A stretch of 64,000 bases of DNA from an uncultured Spirochaetota bacterium (GTDB lineage: Bacteria > Spirochaetota > Brevinematia > Brevinematales > JAOACQ01), in assembly GCA_963783575.1 (NCBI GenBank), contig CAWAOD010000009.1, forward strand, positions 224,001-288,000, in the 5' to 3' direction. The notes under the pieces are model-generated. The model did no database searches. It had not been told where the DNA came from and saw only the letters and a program-made list of their open reading frames with translations. The position numbers were made by a program, and so were the translations under genes. Below, piece after piece: positions 61,008-64,000 of the stretch (positions are counted from its first letter, which is position 1; the number at the start of each line of letters is the position of its first letter).

Positions 61008-61436
61008 GTGGGAAAGATTGAAATCAGGCTTGAAGCGGTTATTATTAATTCTGAGAATAAACTCCTGCTTGCCCTGCACTTAAAAAACGGGAAAAGCTAC
61101 TGGGTTTTACCGGGCGGGCATCTTAAATTCGGCGAAAAGCTTGAAGACGGATTAAAAAGGGAGTTATCGGAAGAATTGGGTTTAACCTCGGTTCGTATTA
61201 ACGAACTTTTATTCCTGGATGAATTTATCGATTCCGAAGATAAAAGACATATCGTAAAAGCGGGATTCCAGACGGAAATCCCCTCTATAAAAAAAGAGGA
61301 ACTTATCGTTACTACTGAACAGGAATCGATCAAAGCAGCCAGGTTTTTTTCAAGCCAGGAAATAACCGATTCAAAGGATATGTTTTACCCTTCCAGGGAA
61401 TTTTTTATAAATCTTCTGGAAAATCGTAATGGATAA
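61008..61436 (+). CDS. NUDIX hydrolase
   Basis: PGGHLKFGE.LE...KRELSEELG Nudix box. Confidence 0.9.
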   Translation: MGKIEIRLEAVIINSENKLLLALHLKNGKSYWVLPGGHLKFGEKLEDGLKRELSEELGLTSVRINELLFLDEFIDSEDKRHIVKAGFQTEIPSIKKEELIVTTEQESIKAARFFSSQEITDSKDMFYPSREFFINLLENRNG

Positions 61437-62265
61437 ACTTAATTTCCTAACAGCCGGGATTCCGCATTCTGCAAAACCGAAAAAGAATATTGAAAACGGT
61501 TTGAAGAGAATAAAAGAACTCGGCCTTGACGGCATGGAGATTGAATATGTCCAGGGAGTCATAGCCGATTTTCCAAAAATGCGCAAAATCGGAGAATCCG
61601 CAAAAGAAATGGGACTTGTTTTAACGGCTCATGCCCCTTATTACATCAATCTTTATGCCCGCGAGAGGTATAAGGTCGATAAAAGTTACAGCTATATCCT
61701 TGATACGGCGCGCGTTCTTGACTGCGCGAACGGATACAGCGTTGTTTTTCATGCGGCGTATTATCTGGGTACAAAACCCCAGGAGGTTTACCAGACGGTA
61801 AAGGAACATCTTGTCCATATTTCTTCGTTCGCAGAAAAGGAGGCCTTAAAGGTCTGGATCAGGCCCGAATTAATGGGTAAAACATCCCAGTTCGGCACGC
61901 TTGAGGAAATCCTCAAGCTCTCGGAAGAAATCGGCGGCAGGATTCTTCCCTGCATAGATTTTGCCCACCTGCATGCCAGGACGGACGGCCATTACAACAC
62001 TTATGAGGAATTTATGGAAGTGTTTGAGGAAATTGAAAATAAACTGGGCGAAAAAGCGGTTAAAAATATGCACATACATTATTCTGGAATAAAATACTCA
62101 TCCAGAGGGGAACAAAAGCATACGATCCTTCGCCAGAGCGATATGCGGATGAGGGAGTTTTTGAAAGCCCTCAAAGATTACAATATATACGGCGTTCTTG
62201 TCTGTGAAAGCCCCAACATCGAAGGCGACGCGCTGCTTTTGAAGAAAATCTACCATTCAATGTAA
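61429..62265 (+). CDS. nfo: Endonuclease IV-like TIM-barrel protein
   Basis: HAPYYINL, VFH, RPELMGK.SQFG, CIDFAH, HIHYSGI, ESP..E.DA. Confidence 0.8.
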   Translation: MDKLNFLTAGIPHSAKPKKNIENGLKRIKELGLDGMEIEYVQGVIADFPKMRKIGESAKEMGLVLTAHAPYYINLYARERYKVDKSYSYILDTARVLDCANGYSVVFHAAYYLGTKPQEVYQTVKEHLVHISSFAEKEALKVWIRPELMGKTSQFGTLEEILKLSEEIGGRILPCIDFAHLHARTDGHYNTYEEFMEVFEEIENKLGEKAVKNMHIHYSGIKYSSRGEQKHTILRQSDMRMREFLKALKDYNIYGVLVCESPNIEGDALLLKKIYHSM

Positions 62266-62270
62266 CATCG

Positions 62271-62451
62271 TGTTACTTGGCGAACGGGGTTCGCCACTAT
62301 CTTATGGTAAAATATAGAATAACATGGAGCATCCCTTCGGCAATGCTTCGGCAGGCTCAGTGCAGCGGCTCAGGGCGGGCTCTTGCTTCCAATGTTACTT
62401 GGCGAACGAGGTTCGCCAAATTAATTAAATGGCAGGGCTGCCCTGCCATTT
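62271..62451. repeat. Composite palindromic repeat cluster between convergent genes
   Basis: 26-bp direct repeat (62271-62296, 62393-62418, 25/26), nested REP-like unit 62333-62380, perfect 11-bp stem 62427-62451. Confidence 0.8.
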
Positions 62452-62454
62452 CTT

Positions 62455-63096
62455 TTAGTTGCTTACAAATGGAGCGGCTCCAATCAAACTTTTATCTTCG
62501 ATTTGTTGAATTAAGAAATCCGCCAAATCTCCGCCTGTAATTTTTTTTCCTTTGCAACCAGTTTTATCAGTATTGATTTTATGAATACTCTCCTCAACAA
62601 GAAGAAACGGTATTCGAACTAATGTCCATTCCGCCCGGGATTGCGACAGCAATTTGTAAGAATTTTGTTTATCCGCAATGATATTTCGGAACATTAGCTT
62701 CATAAGTATTGAGAGAATTTTTACCCCGAATGTCTTCTTATCGCCCGGTACATCAATTGTCAGCCCTGTTACTGCTATGTAACGCTTGATGCCGAATTCA
62801 TTCATAGCCAATAAAATTGATTGCGTTACCTGGGTATGGAGAGGAATTTCACCTTTCGAGGTACCAATAGTATTGATTACGCAAGTACAACCCTGCAATA
62901 ATTCCCTGATGGAATCGGGATTTCTTGCATCGCCTTTTACAATATCGATACACGGGCTGTTTACCAAGAACTTCCCGGGACTTCTGAGCAGCAGTTTGGT
63001 TTTATAACCATTTTCAATACAATGCCTGACCAGGAAAGCGCCTGCTTTTCCTGAGCCGCCGATTACGGCAATCCTTTTGATTTTATTATCATTCAT
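62455..63096 (-). CDS. NAD(P)H-binding oxidoreductase (flavin reductase/NmrA-like)
   Basis: IAVIGGSGKAG Rossmann motif, GDA, WTLVR, DLADF. Confidence 0.87.
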   Translation of the reverse strand: MNDNKIKRIAVIGGSGKAGAFLVRHCIENGYKTKLLLRSPGKFLVNSPCIDIVKGDARNPDSIRELLQGCTCVINTIGTSKGEIPLHTQVTQSILLAMNEFGIKRYIAVTGLTIDVPGDKKTFGVKILSILMKLMFRNIIADKQNSYKLLSQSRAEWTLVRIPFLLVEESIHKINTDKTGCKGKKITGGDLADFLIQQIEDKSLIGAAPFVSN

Positions 63097-63373
63097 TTTA
63101 AGCTCCTGTAAAAAATTTTGGAAAGTATGTTTAAATGGAGCCTAAACTTAGAAATATACCTTTAACAATAATTAATTATTGGAATTAACCTAAATTCAGG
63201 CTCCAATAATACCAATTTCTTCTTAACATTACAAACCTCCTTATTATTTATCTCCAGCGTCGTCAAGATAAATTATAACATAAATCGTAATTTGAGTCCA
63301 CAGGCAAAGATGGTAGAGATTTGAAATTACAGGGCAGGAACTTTATTCAACAAAAATGAGGTTTCGATCTTTT

Positions 63374-63402
63374 TTGACTAAAATCAAATGTTTGAATAAA
63401 AT
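63374..63402 (+). promoter_or_regulatory. Putative sigma70 promoter for the AraC regulator
   Basis: TTGACT-17 nt-TAAAAT. Confidence 0.55.
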
Positions 63403-63443
63403 ATTCTACGGTCATCCGCGGCGTTCGATTCAGGAGCAAAAAC

Positions 63444-64000
63444 ATGCCGGTAATATCAGCTTCAAATGAATATAATCACCGTGTTCACAGGGTATTGGAT
63501 TATATCGAAAGCCATATCTCGGAGCCGCTAGATCTTCAAACGCTTTCCGACCAGGCTTTCTTCTCGCCTTTTCATTTCCATCGCATCTTTACCGCTTTTA
63601 TCGGTGAAACACCGGACGGCTATATCCGCCGTCTCCGGCTTGAAAAAGCAGCGAATATGCTTCAAAACAAGAAAAATCTTTCCGTTACGGATATCGCAAT
63701 GAAATGCGGATTTTCTTCACCTTCGCTTTTCAGTAGGAATTTTAAAAAGCATTTCGGCGTTACACCCGCCGGATGGAAGATGAGCAAGAATAGTCAAGCG
63801 AATAGCAATAATGAGCATGATTTTCCTTCAAGTTCTCATTATACTCATGATGAAGAACAGAAAGGGAAGTATTTAACAGGGATTACGGTAAAATATATAC
63901 CGGCATTTCATGTTATATATGTAAGGCATATCCGGGGATATAATGATGGGATTCCGAAGGCATTTGCAAAGCTTTACCGCTGGGCGGAACCAAGGGAACT
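63444..64000 (+). CDS. AraC family regulator (likely GyrI-like effector domain), truncated by window end
   Basis: Not in the ORF track; hand translation from ATG 63444 (AGGAG RBS): RVLDYIE..LDLQTLS..FSPFHFHRIF..GET..YIRRLRLEKAA..DIA..CGFSS..FSRNFKKHFGVTP. Confidence 0.9.
   Translation, partial: MPVISASNEYNHRVHRVLDYIESHISEPLDLQTLSDQAFFSPFHFHRIFTAFIGETPDGYIRRLRLEKAANMLQNKKNLSVTDIAMKCGFSSPSLFSRNFKKHFGVTPAGWKMSKNSQANSNNEHDFPSSSHYTHDEEQKGKYLTGITVKYIPAFHVIYVRHIRGYNDGIPKAFAKLYRWAEPRE

Noticed and set aside
62271..62418. CRISPR array
   Set aside because: Only two repeat copies, a 96-nt spacer that itself contains a REP-like unit, and no cas genes
62277..62540. 87-aa ORF over the repeat cluster
   Set aside because: Translation of palindromic repeats overlapping a convergent gene end

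Overview
AT-rich bacterial chromosomal segment, probably from a lipid-A-producing spirochaete (inferred from gene content; no rRNA marker is present). Layout: (1) 1-17.4 kb is core genome: GGDEF-PilZ cyclase, an M23-bactofilin-STAS-lpxA-lpxB-yqgF-lpxC cluster, tatD, MBL hydrolase, dtd, dnaE, smpB, cinA, purH. (2) 17.5-38.9 kb is an accessory island encoded entirely on the minus strand. It holds four exported ankyrin-repeat proteins built from shared cap-repeat-cap modules, three paralogues of an uncharacterised multi-TM protein (motif DG(G/A)(F/W)WDLF), DUF3592, NfeD-SPFH, a doubly frameshifted exported FGE-sulfatase-domain gene, a decayed DUF2281-PIN toxin-antitoxin pair, a DUF559 remnant between REP-like inverted repeats, and an intact IS1182-family element inserted into a REP-like cluster. 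(3) 39-64 kb has signalling and housekeeping genes: methyltransferase, DJ-1, MCP, lipoprotein, two tandem EAL proteins, GT4, mutS2, amj, msbA-like ABC, M1-like peptidase, RluA, split deaD, NUDIX, endonuclease IV and a partial AraC. Six single-base frameshifts were reconstructed by hand. No tRNA, rRNA, tmRNA, CRISPR or reverse transcriptase was recognised. All family calls come from motif recognition by eye, not database searches.
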